Translations under genes and position numbers: made by a program
Shown: positions 43,145 through 55,103 of the stretch, in pieces
Layout of the letters: the number at the start of each line of letters is the position of its first letter
How positions within the stretch are numbered: position 1 is the first letter of the stretch
Assembly: GCA_964234715.1 (NCBI GenBank)
Contig: OZ174278.1
Origin: Podarcis melisellensis
Lineage: Eukaryota
Length of the DNA: 64,000 nt
Strand: one strand, 5' to 3'
Notes under the pieces: generated by a model
Seen by the model: only the letters and a program-made list of their open reading frames with translations
Databases searched by the model: none
Told to the model about the DNA's origin: nothing

Positions 43145-43853
43145 GGGAAGCATAGCTCAGTGGCAGAGTATATACTACAACCAACCCCAGGTTTAACCCC
43201 TGGAACAAAGGTTTTCAACCTTTTTGGGTCCATGGCTCCCTTGACCAACTGCATTCTTTCTGTGGCACCCCTGTGGGGCTCAGAAGCCCAGTTATGTCAC
43301 CCCTTGCCTTCAGAGCTGGCAGCCTCTCACTCTTTTTCGAACACGTTCCCTTGTGGAGTGTTCTCTCAAGTCTCCTCTTCTCTCCCCTCTCCTTGGGAGT
43401 CCTCTGGGCAGCCGCAGCTGCCACCCCTGGTCTCTGAGCTGCACCCCATGCCTCAAAGAGAGGTACCTCCTCACACTGTCCCACAGGCCTGGGAAGCACC
43501 CCCTGACCAGCACCAGAGGCACCATTCACATGTGGAGCTTGTAGCCAGGGCTGTTGCAACAAACAGCTGCGCAGGCCTTTGGGAGGGAGAGACATGAGAG
43601 GGCATCAGAGGAAGGGAGGGAAGGAAGGAAAGGGACAGAGGTCAGTGTTGCTCATGGCACCCCGACCATCATTCAAGGCACCCCAGGGTGCCATGGCACA
43701 CTGGTTGAAAACCACTGCCCTGGAATATCCATGGACAGCTGATAAAGATTCCTGTTTGAAACCCTGGAAAGCCATTCCTGGTCAGTATAGGGGATACTGA
43801 GCCAGATGTCCTAATGGTCTGACATAAATTAAGGCTGCTTTTTATGTTCCTAC
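43145..43853 (+). mobile_element. tRNA-derived Squam3-like SINE interrupted by a hAT element
   Basis: A-box TAGCTCAGTGG; body GAAACCCTGGAAAGCC; end AAGGCTGCTTTTTATGTTCCTA. Confidence 0.7.
43206..43717. mobile_element. Non-autonomous hAT DNA transposon
   Basis: TIRs CAAAGGTTTTCAACC / GGTTGAAAACCACTG; 8-bp TSD CCCTGGAA. Confidence 0.85.
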
Positions 43854-44188
43854 TTCCTAGTCTGAGCTGGAGTTTATCTCTAAGGAAGACAAAGCAGGTA
43901 TCTCTTCTGCTGTTTCTAACATTCTTCAAACATGTATTTTTTTTAAGCTGTGGCAGGTAGACTACTGAGTTCAGCTCCTTGGGAATCTTATTACATCAAT
44001 CCTGCTTCACTCTGAACATTTCCTGCTTTGAAGGCCAGGTGGCGATAGTCACCCATGTGGTGGTCTGACACCCAATGAAAATATCTCTTGTGCAAGCGGA
44101 AATTCTGGTTTTAGCAGAAGTGCTCTGTTGGATACCACCCACAATTAGAATACGTCTGACCGAAAGTCACTAGAGTAATATTCTTTTA

Positions 44189-44380
<192 letters not shown>

Positions 44381-44645
44381 TTAAGGCCAATGGGGATTCT
44401 AAATTTAGCACTAGCAAAAATAGTTACTTGCTTGTAACGTGTATTCAAATGGTCACCTATGAATTCAACACACCTTTGCAGAGCGAACTCTGTGGATATT
44501 TTAATAGCCATTCTAGGGTGAATCAGTTGAATCAGAAACTGGTTTAAAGTTTTTTACTACTGTGAAGTGTTTATGACTGAAACAAAGGATTGTGCAATAC
44601 CAGAGTAACCATTAAGCTTTATTCTCTGTAGCACAATTCCAAGTA

Positions 44646-44876
44646 CAGTGGTACCTCAGGTTAAGTACTTAATTCGTTCCGAAGGTAAGGTCCGTTCTTA
44701 ACCTGAAACTGTTCTTAACCTGAAGCACCACTTTAGCTAATGAGGCCTCCTGCAGCTGCTGCGCCGCCGGAGCACGAGTTCTGTTCTCATCCTGAAGCAA
44801 AGTTCTTAACCTGAAGCTTTATTTCTGGGTTAGTGGAGTCTGTAACCTGAAGCGTATGTAACCTGAGGTACCACTA
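44646..44876. mobile_element. Tc1/mariner (Tigger-like) MITE
   Basis: TA|CAGTGGTACCTCAGGTTA / TAACCTGAGGTACCACTA|TA. Confidence 0.87.
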
Positions 44877-45296
44877 TAGCAATATGTTCTTCAGCTGACT
44901 GAAGTCCTGAACTCGGGCACAAGTGGCCTATATAGCCGGGCCCTCTGGCCCTCTGATTGCCTGATTCGAAAACTAGGAGATGGTGGGTTATCCCACCCTC
45001 CTTTGCAACTGGTGGGGGAACTCCCCAGCAGCTGGCCACACAATGGAGAGGCCTTTGGTTCCGTGGCATTGAGGGCCTGCAGCAACAGGCTGCAACTGCT
45101 GCCCACTCAGAGACTGCGTAAATGGCCTATTACTGCTTCACTCTGCTGAAATGCAAGTTAGTGACGTTAGCTTGCAAATACTGCATGTACTTGGGCAATG
45201 TGGATTTCATTGTTCCTAATTCTTTTATTCCAATTTAAATAATTCAAACTATGAGGCTATCCACATTCTTTTCATGAAGATTCCCCCCAACAATCA

Positions 45297-45554
<258 letters not shown>

Positions 45555-45709
45555 CTACAAATAAAATATTGGAAACAATGAATTGATATCATTTAGAACT
45601 GTTTTCAGTAAGAGTAAGCTATTAACTCAAACACATGTTCAAAACAAACAAAAATCCCCTGAAAAATGTATGTTTGTAAGTTTCAATCTGAGCCAGGGCA
45701 GTTCTCAGG

Positions 45710-45711
<2 letters not shown>

Positions 45712-45771
<60 letters not shown>
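45712..45771. repeat. (CT)n microsatellite
   Basis: Read directly. Confidence 0.95.
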
Positions 45772-45774
<3 letters not shown>

Positions 45775-46378
45775 ATTTATCTCTCACAAAGTGTCTTGAG
45801 ATAGCTCATAATCATTTAGAAAAATATTTAATAACAACCATTAGACAAAACACACACACAAAAAACCAAGGAGCCATAAACAGAAAAACACAAGCTCAGA
45901 GTAGCAACTCAGAGGACCCTAAATGCCGCTGAAATAAAATGGTTCTTCACTGCTGCCATAAAGTTAGGAACAAGAATGTGAAATTACAGATAAACAGAAG
46001 AGAATAATTAAGGATCCCTGGGTGCCTTTTGACAGTTTGAGACAAACCTTCTCTGTGGCAAGACCACAATTACAGATTCCCTTATGAAAAAAGGTTAGTC
46101 GCATCCCTGATGGTTTTTAGGCAGGAAGTAAACCCTTTTTATTTTGTGTATTTTTCTACAGTGTTTAGAACATTGGCATTTAAATTTTTTCTATTCTTTT
46201 GGCTTCAAATATTAAATGTGCGCAAATATTTTCATAATGTTTTGTTTAATTATATTATTATTATGCCACCTGAGGGCTTGGTATCAATTCACACGAGTTA
46301 GCAACAGTCTTACCAAGATTTATAAACGTTGACAGATTTGGAGAGCTGCTGTTCTTTTACACCATTTCTACTGCTTAC

Positions 46379-46501
46379 CTTCAGCCAAGGATGGTTGAGT
46401 GCCTCGTAAACAGTTATTCTTTCAGCTGGGTCCAGCATAAGCATACGTCGTACCAAATCTTTGGCACTTTCAGAGATATGGCTCCATTGCCTTGGATTCA
46501 T
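46379..46501 (-). CDS. CASK: CASK exon 8 ([41 protein letters not shown])
   Basis: 123 nt, TAG/GTAAGC. Confidence 0.97.
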
Positions 46502-48217
46502 CTAGGTCAAAAACAGTAAGTTAAGCTAAGGCACATAACAGCATGCTGTAGATTGCTAAAAAGCTGGAAATGTCAATCCAAGTTAAAACATTTGTGCAGA
46601 TTACTGCACAACTACATTTGTAAGAACTGAAACAGTTCACCAAGTAATCTACCAGATCAAGTCAATTGAATTCTCCAATATTTAAAAGTGCTGAACACTT
46701 TGAAACAGTGTAATCGCAAAATACTTCTCTATTTATTTCCGAATAACCGATCTTAGACCTCAGCAGCAAGGGCCTAACTTAACATTATGTACAATGCATA
46801 TAAAGAAACTCTCTCAAGGGCATTAAAAAATAATAATAAAAGACAGTTCAGGTGGTGGTGATTTAGGGTATAAGATATTTAACAAATCACCCACCCACCC
46901 ATGTCACTTTCTCTCCTTCATGAACTCCAACGGTATATTTTATGTATTTGAAACTTCATGCACTGAAAACAGTAACAGCAGTAACAGGATTTGGTATGCA
47001 AAAGTGAGGGGTAGGGAAAAGGTTAAGTATCCCCCCAGAAAAGAAAAGAGCAATTAGGGTTTCATTACTCATATTTGCATGCAATATTTAGCTAGTTTCT
47101 AATAAATAATAATAATGTATGTATGTATGTGTTCAATACAAATAATATGTACATATTACATAATTCAGCTTTTTCCCCAATGGAATCTGTTACCTAAGTT
47201 CAGGTTTCTGATTTCTGTGTGTGCATGTTTGAAGTGTACACATACACCGTCACTGAAATATAACATACACACTCAATACTCCTGCAAACTAAGGACAATT
47301 AACTAAAGATGGTTTAATTCCCTCCAAAGTAAAGAAAATTTCAGCAAGCCACAGATGGAAAACACCCAACTTTGTGCAGCTTTTATTATATTTAAAAATG
47401 GTTCAGAATCACTTCATAGAAAGTGTTTTTGTTGCTCTTCTTTAAAAAGAGCAGAGACTCCCCAGCTGATGAACTATAAACTAAAACCTAGTATTTGGCT
47501 TTGAAAACAGGTACTAGGAGTTTTCAAATGTCAGTTTTGAATGAAACTGTAAACTTGAAACTAGACTTTATTGTTAAACCACTGTGATTTGGAAACTATG
47601 TGGTTTCTAGCTCCTCCATGTTTTCTACAAAAGAAGAACTGAGTAGTAAGGAAACATAGGACAGCTTACCCACAGAATGATTTTAATATGCTTTAATTTA
47701 TGTGATTTAATGCCACCAACTTTATGTAAAAAGTGTTGTCATTGTTACCAAATGATATATGATTGCAACTCCAAAAATACAAGCCAATTAATAAAATCAG
47801 AAAGGAGGTACAGTACTGTAAGAAGGCTCAATACTTGCAATGACCTTTTTAAAAAGTGAACACATTAAGAAGATTTATTTGAGCTCTTTAAAAATTATGG
47901 CACATTAACCTGGCTAACAACAACACTTCCAGTGCCATGGGGAAGGGAAGCACTACTGTAGACTTCAGTGCTTACCAGCAGGATCAGGGGAAATAATGCA
48001 ACAACAAATGACTAGGGATGAAGACTGTACAGGTCAGGGGTCTGCAAACTCACTTGCCGTGCTTTTCGTGGCAAGTATCCATGATGAGTGTGACAGGTCC
48101 TTTCATAGTGAATGCCCATGACAAGTCCCAGCCCCCTTCCTAAACTTGGAGCTGGGAGAGGGGAACTACCCCTCTAGTTGTTCTGTACTTCCGCAGTGCT
48201 CAGAGTACAACTGTTCA

Positions 48218-48556
<339 letters not shown>

Positions 48557-49083
48557 CTATGATCTGAGCAGCTTCTACTTGGCAAAAGACATGGTGGCCT
48601 GTAACAGTTCTACCAGTGCAGTAACAGCCCATGACACAAGAAGCCTGGCTGATCTCAGTGGCATGGGGCCTGGTAAATGCACCCCTTTTGTCTCTCCTCC
48701 TTCTTGCTTTGTCTCCACTGAATGTTACATGACATGAACATAGGTGTCCTGGCTTTAATTGAAGCAGAATAGCAAACTGGCAACTTTTAAGGAGGGGCTT
48801 CAAACGCAGGCCTAGAAGGTTTTTCTCTCTCCCCCCCCCCCATTATACATGATTCATGGCAAGGCTAATAAGTAGCTCAAGGATTGTTTATTTAAAAGGT
48901 GTTAAGACAGTCAAAAGACATTGGGGGTGGGGGTGGGAAGGTGATAATAATAATAAAAAATACTCAGGAAGGGAACATTCTCACCATGAATCCGCTTTCA
49001 TTTTGACTGTCATAAAACCCCCTCCCTCACATACAACTATGAGAAGTGAAAGTGTTTTTAGGTAGTTCGTGCCTGAAATGTTA

Positions 49084-49266
<183 letters not shown>

Positions 49267-50719
49267 TTAATTTAAAAAGACAAAGTTTTGTATAAACAAA
49301 ACATTATGACAACAGAAAATAGGCTTATGTCTTTACAACAATCACAAGCACCATATAAATGGCAAAGTATTCTTGGTGTAGGACTTCAACAGAGTTAGCT
49401 AGGCTTTAGGTATTCACAAAAATACAACACACATTTGGTAATGGTGTTAAGGCTAGAAAGAATGTCAGTTGACATTAATGGATGCATCAGCTGAATAGAG
49501 CCATTGTTTTGGCATGTGATATCGGGGCAGCTGAAAGCGGGAATTTGTTGAGAAAGTAATTTTGTTATTCTGGTAAATTTCTGTTCTACCACCAAGGAGT
49601 GAAGCACCCAAAACCTGTTAGATTTCAATCCAGGGATGGCAAGCCTCCTTCTGATGTCATATGTGAGGTCATGTTTAGGGTAGGGAGACATACATTGAAT
49701 TGGCTACACAACTGAGCACCCTCTGGCAAACTCAATCCTGCAGCCTATCCCTGTAGAAAGCAGGGCTGAAGTTAGCTGATGGGCAGTAAATTCAATCCTA
49801 CTGGATTGTCTGTCTGTCTGAAATCCCTGTAGGGAACTCAATTGCAAAGCTGGTCTTTGTAGATAGCAGCTTGCCACTTTGCTGGCAACTCCCATCATGT
49901 TGCGGTTTGCAAGTGCCTGAGAACCAGGTGGTTGGTGGGTGCTTGGGACATGTTGCACAAGGAACTTTGACAACCCACCCGTCAACTGTCTAGTATCAGG
50001 TGGTTTCTTGCCCACCTGTTAAAGATGGCCTATGGGACCAAGGAATGATAACGATCTGGCCCCTTGAGTCAAAAAGGTTTCCCACTCCTGTTCTAATCCC
50101 TCACAAGAGTTTCACTGAGTTTGTTATTCAACTTAACCGGATTATTCTTCCACTAGTCTGGTTTAGTTTTCTGTGTAGCACAAGCTCAACCAATGCGGAA
50201 TATGTTCACGAGGTTAAGGAAGATTCTGTGTAAATAGTCAGCCTAACCTATGTTTTCCAGAGGTATCTGGCTATTTCATTATTGGCATAAATACGACCGT
50301 TCACAACAAGGGAATGGCTACTTTGTTAGGTTTCCCTACACTGATGGTATGGTGTATTTATAAAAATAGGTTTAGATGACAAATGGGACAGCACATTTAT
50401 GCAATGTAGGGGCCCACTGGTCACAAGAAATGCTGCATGTAAACATATTTCAGGTAACATCTTATCAAATTTTCTTAATGCCAAGAACCTCAAAAAAAGA
50501 GAATAAAGTTAAAACACAGATTTTTATTTTCATTTGTTTGTGGACTTGTGTGTTTTTGTGATCAACATAACACACTCAACCAACAGAAGCGTTAATTTCA
50601 ATACAATAAAAGTCAATTAGCCTATTGCCTATTTTTGTAGAGAAGTCTTTAACTGAACTTTAGGAGCAAAAATAGAAATTTCTGTGTCAACTTGCATACC
50701 ACACTTCTGCTACCTGCAG

Positions 50720-51005
50720 CTAGTGCAAAAGGCATTGGTTCCACTGCTTACTGGGACCTCTTGAAGATACCATCTCATCAGGAGGTCTGTTCCAAACAAT
50801 GTAGAAATCAGGCCTTTAGTGTGGTGGCACCTATTCTTTGGGGCTCCTTCCTATTACATATCAAAGAGGCACTGTCCCTATTATCTGGTGCAAAAACAGA
50901 ATTTACTAAAACAAGCAACACACTTGTTTTGAGCTGCAAAACTCTTGCAAAATTCTATTTGCATGAATTCTTCTGTACCTTCTTTAAAATAAATAAATAA
51001 ATGAA
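50720..51005 (+). mobile_element. L2-like 3' remnant
   Basis: AGGCCTTTAGTGTGGTGGCACC (AFSVVAP.LW) motif followed by (AATA)n. Confidence 0.55.
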
Positions 51006-51012
51006 TGTTTCA

Positions 51013-51176
51013 TTTTGTCAACGTTTGCTAGGTGTAAAACAGTAAGGGGTACTACTGAATCAAACATAGTCAAAATGAGAACTTGTTGTGAAAAGGTACA
51101 CAACAAGTTCTCATTTTGACTATGTTTGATTCAGTAGTACCCCTTACTGTTTTACACCTAGCAAACGTTGACAAAA
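51013..51176. repeat. Perfect inverted repeat: 78-bp arms, 8-nt loop
   Basis: 51013-51090 is the exact reverse complement of 51099-51176. Confidence 0.97.
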
Positions 51177-51999
51177 CCAGTGCATATTTTGTCCATCCAC
51201 TCCTGTCAATCACATCTAACCTATCCGCTGCAAAATTCACCACACACAGACAGTGATCTCATTTATCTCAGCTGCCCGTCCTTAGGTTGCCAAAATAGCA
51301 CGATCATGCACAAAGAGGAGGTATCAGCAGACTTTGGGGAACTACAAGTTTTGCAGAGGCACGAAAAATATTTAGGGGAGGGAAGTTGCATTCTGAGGTG
51401 GACATACCATTATCGATTTGACATTTTATTTAGACATTATAACAACAATCAGAGGAATAGCTTAAATGGAAGATTGAAGTATGAAATTTGACAGCATTAC
51501 TTAGTGCCGGGAAAAGGATTGTAGGCAATATTTCTTTCACCGAAAAAGTAATTGTCTCTCAAAAATCATTAAAACATTGGAAGTAGGTCCAGGAAAACAC
51601 ACTACCCAACCACCCTGTAAAATATCCCTTTCTGCTGCCTTAACTCTGATTTAGCTTTGCCTCATTAGCAAGCTAAAATCATGGTTAGAGCTAACTGGGA
51701 TTTCTTTTTAAATGTGCTTTTGTTTTCAGCTATGGCAGCTCTCTTATTAGGATGTGTTTCTGCGTTCCCCTGTATTTAGTGCTCATATTTTGTCCTCCAC
51801 CATATCCCAATGTGTGTTTATATATACCTGCCATTCCCGCGCTGCATCTTCATGCATCAGAGATTACTATTACACATAAAAGCTCATCACCGTCCCCCAA
51901 TCCTCCTACAGATATCTGGAGGAAAGCACGAAAGACTAAAATAGCTGATGAAGCTGATTCTTACCAGTTTAAAACAACCCTAGTCACAACTTTCTAATA

Positions 52000-52086
52000 A
52001 GACAGACTTCCTTTCCTTCCTTCCTTCCTTAAACACAAGTTCTGAAAGCAGAATTCAGTAGAAAAGACTCCGTCACTAACCCAAAA
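52000..52086 (+). promoter_or_regulatory. Putative GPR34 promoter / 5' non-coding exon (5' boundary approximate)
   Basis: Donor GTGAGT at 52087; ETS/PU.1-like ACTTCCTTTC at 52006; matching acceptor CATTTTATTCCAG ending 53413, 47 nt before the ATG. Confidence 0.45.
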
Positions 52087-53460
52087 GTGAGTATTTCCTT
52101 TTATTATAGTTCAATTTTTCTCATATGTTAAGTGTAGAAAAATAGTTTTATATTTCTAGTGCAACTTTCTTGACAGATGAGAAAGCACTTTTCTCAAGAA
52201 CATATTCTACTTTTCTTTCGCATTTTTTTCGTTCCTTTTAAAAAGGCAGAGAAATGTTAAGACTGCCACCTGGATAACATTCACAAGCAACTTTATCAAA
52301 GTAGTAGCATGTATTTGAAACTAAAGCCAGTTTAGGATTTGCTGCTGAGGAAGTGTGAATATAGCACAACCTCATTCATGGCTATTGAGGAGTAAGCTCC
52401 TCTGAGCTTAATGCTGCTTGCTTCTATTAAGAGAGAGAGAGAGAACATGAACACACACACACACACACACACAGAGAGAGAATAAATATATAAAATGTGA
52501 TAGAAATATATAAAATGTGACACACTAGTAAAATTACAAATCTAAATCTTTGAAGGTTCATGTTTTCATTTTCAACAAGGAAATCATACTCTAAACTACA
52601 AACACAAAGTAGAATTTGATTTCCCATTTTGAATCTACCCTTAAATAATCTGAATCTGTTTTTATGGTGACAAAGTCATTTTGGAATGTCACTTTATTAT
52701 GGGCTCAGGTATCAACATGCAAATATTTATGCAGGAACTCTCAATCAAGTTAATGCATGGGGAAATTCTCATAGCCACAGATCAAGCATATTGCCAGAAA
52801 TCATCTGTCAGCTTCCTAACAAGATCTTTGTTCCATTTCTAACATTTCTTTGCCTAAACCAGGTGTGGCACCCATGGCTCTCCAGATACTGTCGGGCTCC
52901 CATCAGCCTCAGCCACCACAGACAGTGGGGAATTCCAAATAATTATATTTGGTATGTAAACAAGATCTGCTTCTTACATTCCTAAGATACGACTTAGCTA
53001 ATATCAAGGCACATTTTGTATTTTTGATTTTTTTTAAACCACTGTTTGTTTGTTTGTTTTTAATGTGCCAAAGAAGAATTTATGTACTATTTGTTTATCA
53101 CCACTTGTTATCAATGCAATCATCTAAGCACTGGGGATACTGGATGGATATCAGATTTTATAGGAAGCCTACTTTTTGTTCTTTCCTTACTTTAAAAAAT
53201 GAGGAGAAATAAAAGGAGCAAAATGTTTTCATAAACAAAGCAGCTATAATTGCAAACTTGTTCATAAATAGTTTCTGGGCGAAGACCCTATTTTGCTGAT
53301 TTTATGCATGACTAAAATAAGGCTTATGACAGAAAAGCTTCTGAGTTTGCTTGAAAAGTTAATCAAGTTAATTCCACACTGTAAATGTTGCACTGTCTTC
53401 CATTTTATTCCAGGCAAAGTGTAAGTGAAGATTTACTAAGAATTTTGACTTCCATACCGT

Positions 53461-54573
53461 ATGCACAAGAAAACCCCAGCGAAGAACATGAATTTTTCAC
53501 TTGCTGAAAATGAAACTGGAAAAAACTCCACAGAAATGCCTGTTACTTACTGTGATACGGAAGAGAAATCACTGTCTTTAACTCTACTATTTTCATATTC
53601 GGTCATTTTTGTAATTGGATTGGTTGGCAATATTACTGCCCTGTATGTTTTTCTGGGCATTCCTTGCAAGAAGAACTCTATCCATGTTTATTTGCTTAAT
53701 GTTGCCATCGCAGACCTCCTACTGATCTTTTGTCTCCCTTTCCGAATATACTATCACATAGCCCAGAACAAGTGGCTGTTGGGCTTGATTTTTTGCAAGA
53801 TTATAGGAAACTTATTTTATATGAACATGTACATCAGCATCGTACTGCTAGGGCTTATTAGTTGGGACCGTTATGTAAAAATTAACAAATCTATACAACG
53901 CCCTAGAGTGTTAACAGCAAGACGAAGCGTATATTTGTGTTGTACGCTGTGGACAGTTGCAATAATGGGATTTATACTGATGGTTGTTCAGTCTACCAGG
54001 AAGGAAGATAAACATTCATCAAAATGTTTCCATTACAGAGAAAAGCGAAATGCAAAAGTGGAAGCAGGTGTTAATTATATTCTTGTTATAATATTTTGGA
54101 TTGTTTTCATTCTACTGATTCTGTCATATGTTAAAATTGCAAACAATCTTCTGAAAATTTCTAAGAAGAGAACAAGTTTTCCTAATACTAGAACATATGT
54201 TGCCATTGCAAGGAAATCTTTCATAGTACTTATCATTTTCACATTATGCTTTGTTCCTTATCATATATTCAGATTAATTTATATCACTTCACAACTACAA
54301 AAAACCTCTTGTTACTGGCAACAGATCATTCACAAATACAATGAGATTACACTAGTCTTCTCATCATTTAACAGCTGCTTAGATCCAGTTATGTATTTCT
54401 TAATGTCCAGAAGTGTCCGGAAAACTGTACTTCAACTGATTTGTAAGCGACTTCATGTGGATTCAAGTGTGAATGAGAGTACTTCAGAGACAAAACAAGG
54501 ACATTCTTTTCAAGATAATTCAGAAATCCCAAGTCACCATTCTAGAATGCATCTTAATAAGATTAACAATTAA
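53461..54573 (+). CDS. GPR34: G protein-coupled receptor 34 (lysophosphatidylserine receptor, P2Y-like class A GPCR), nested antisense in CASK intron 5
   Basis: Intronless 370-aa ORF with seven hydrophobic segments; [41 protein letters not shown], CFVPYHxxR and [10 protein letters not shown] motifs match GPR34; position matches the known CASK-intron synteny. Confidence 0.96.
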   Translation: MHKKTPAKNMNFSLAENETGKNSTEMPVTYCDTEEKSLSLTLLFSYSVIFVIGLVGNITALYVFLGIPCKKNSIHVYLLNVAIADLLLIFCLPFRIYYHIAQNKWLLGLIFCKIIGNLFYMNMYISIVLLGLISWDRYVKINKSIQRPRVLTARRSVYLCCTLWTVAIMGFILMVVQSTRKEDKHSSKCFHYREKRNAKVEAGVNYILVIIFWIVFILLILSYVKIANNLLKISKKRTSFPNTRTYVAIARKSFIVLIIFTLCFVPYHIFRLIYITSQLQKTSCYWQQIIHKYNEITLVFSSFNSCLDPVMYFLMSRSVRKTVLQLICKRLHVDSSVNESTSETKQGHSFQDNSEIPSHHSRMHLNKINN

Positions 54574-55097
54574 CATATATTTCTGTTCAGAAGTAACTTC
54601 CATTTGAGTTCAGTGAGTGAATAGGATTGCAGCTTAAAGGTAACAAATCCTGTCAACACAGATAACATTTTTGCATGTTCTTAGTTTTAGTTACTCTCAT
54701 GCAGAACTTCCTTAAGAATTCGCTTTGGTAGCCACATATAATTTTGTAATAGCTAAGACTTTTAAATTTATGATTAAGATTTCTGAGATGAAAAAGTAGT
54801 AATAGCTGTGGATGCAGTAGACTTTGAAAGGGTGTGCGTGTATGGTGTATTAGAAACAAGAAAGTAATCTCCCCACAAGACTCTTGTGTATGTAATGATG
54901 TTTGCTAGCATTAATTCTCAATAACATTTTATAACTGTACTGCATACTATAGACTTACATTAATTAAAAACTATTTGTGTCAATGGATTCCAAACTATTG
55001 TATCTATATACCGTACACATGCAGACAAGTATCTCAAATATTACAAAACAAGTTTAGTGTGCTCACTCACTTCTTTTCATTTTAACATAAAACATAA

Positions 55098-55103
55098 AAT
55101 AAA
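55098..55103 (+). terminator. Candidate GPR34 poly(A) signal AATAAA (ATTAAA at 54963 is an alternative)
   Basis: Hexamer about 520 nt after the stop codon, in AT-rich context. Confidence 0.3.

Noticed and set aside
43145-43205. tRNA-like A box
   Set aside because: SINE head; no cloverleaf
43127-43800. Cluster of overlapping 60-156 aa ORFs
   Set aside because: Produced by the GC-rich hAT/SINE insertion; no recognisable protein
53461-54573. GPCR nested antisense within a large gene as a new arrangement
   Set aside because: GPR34 inside a CASK intron is known vertebrate synteny
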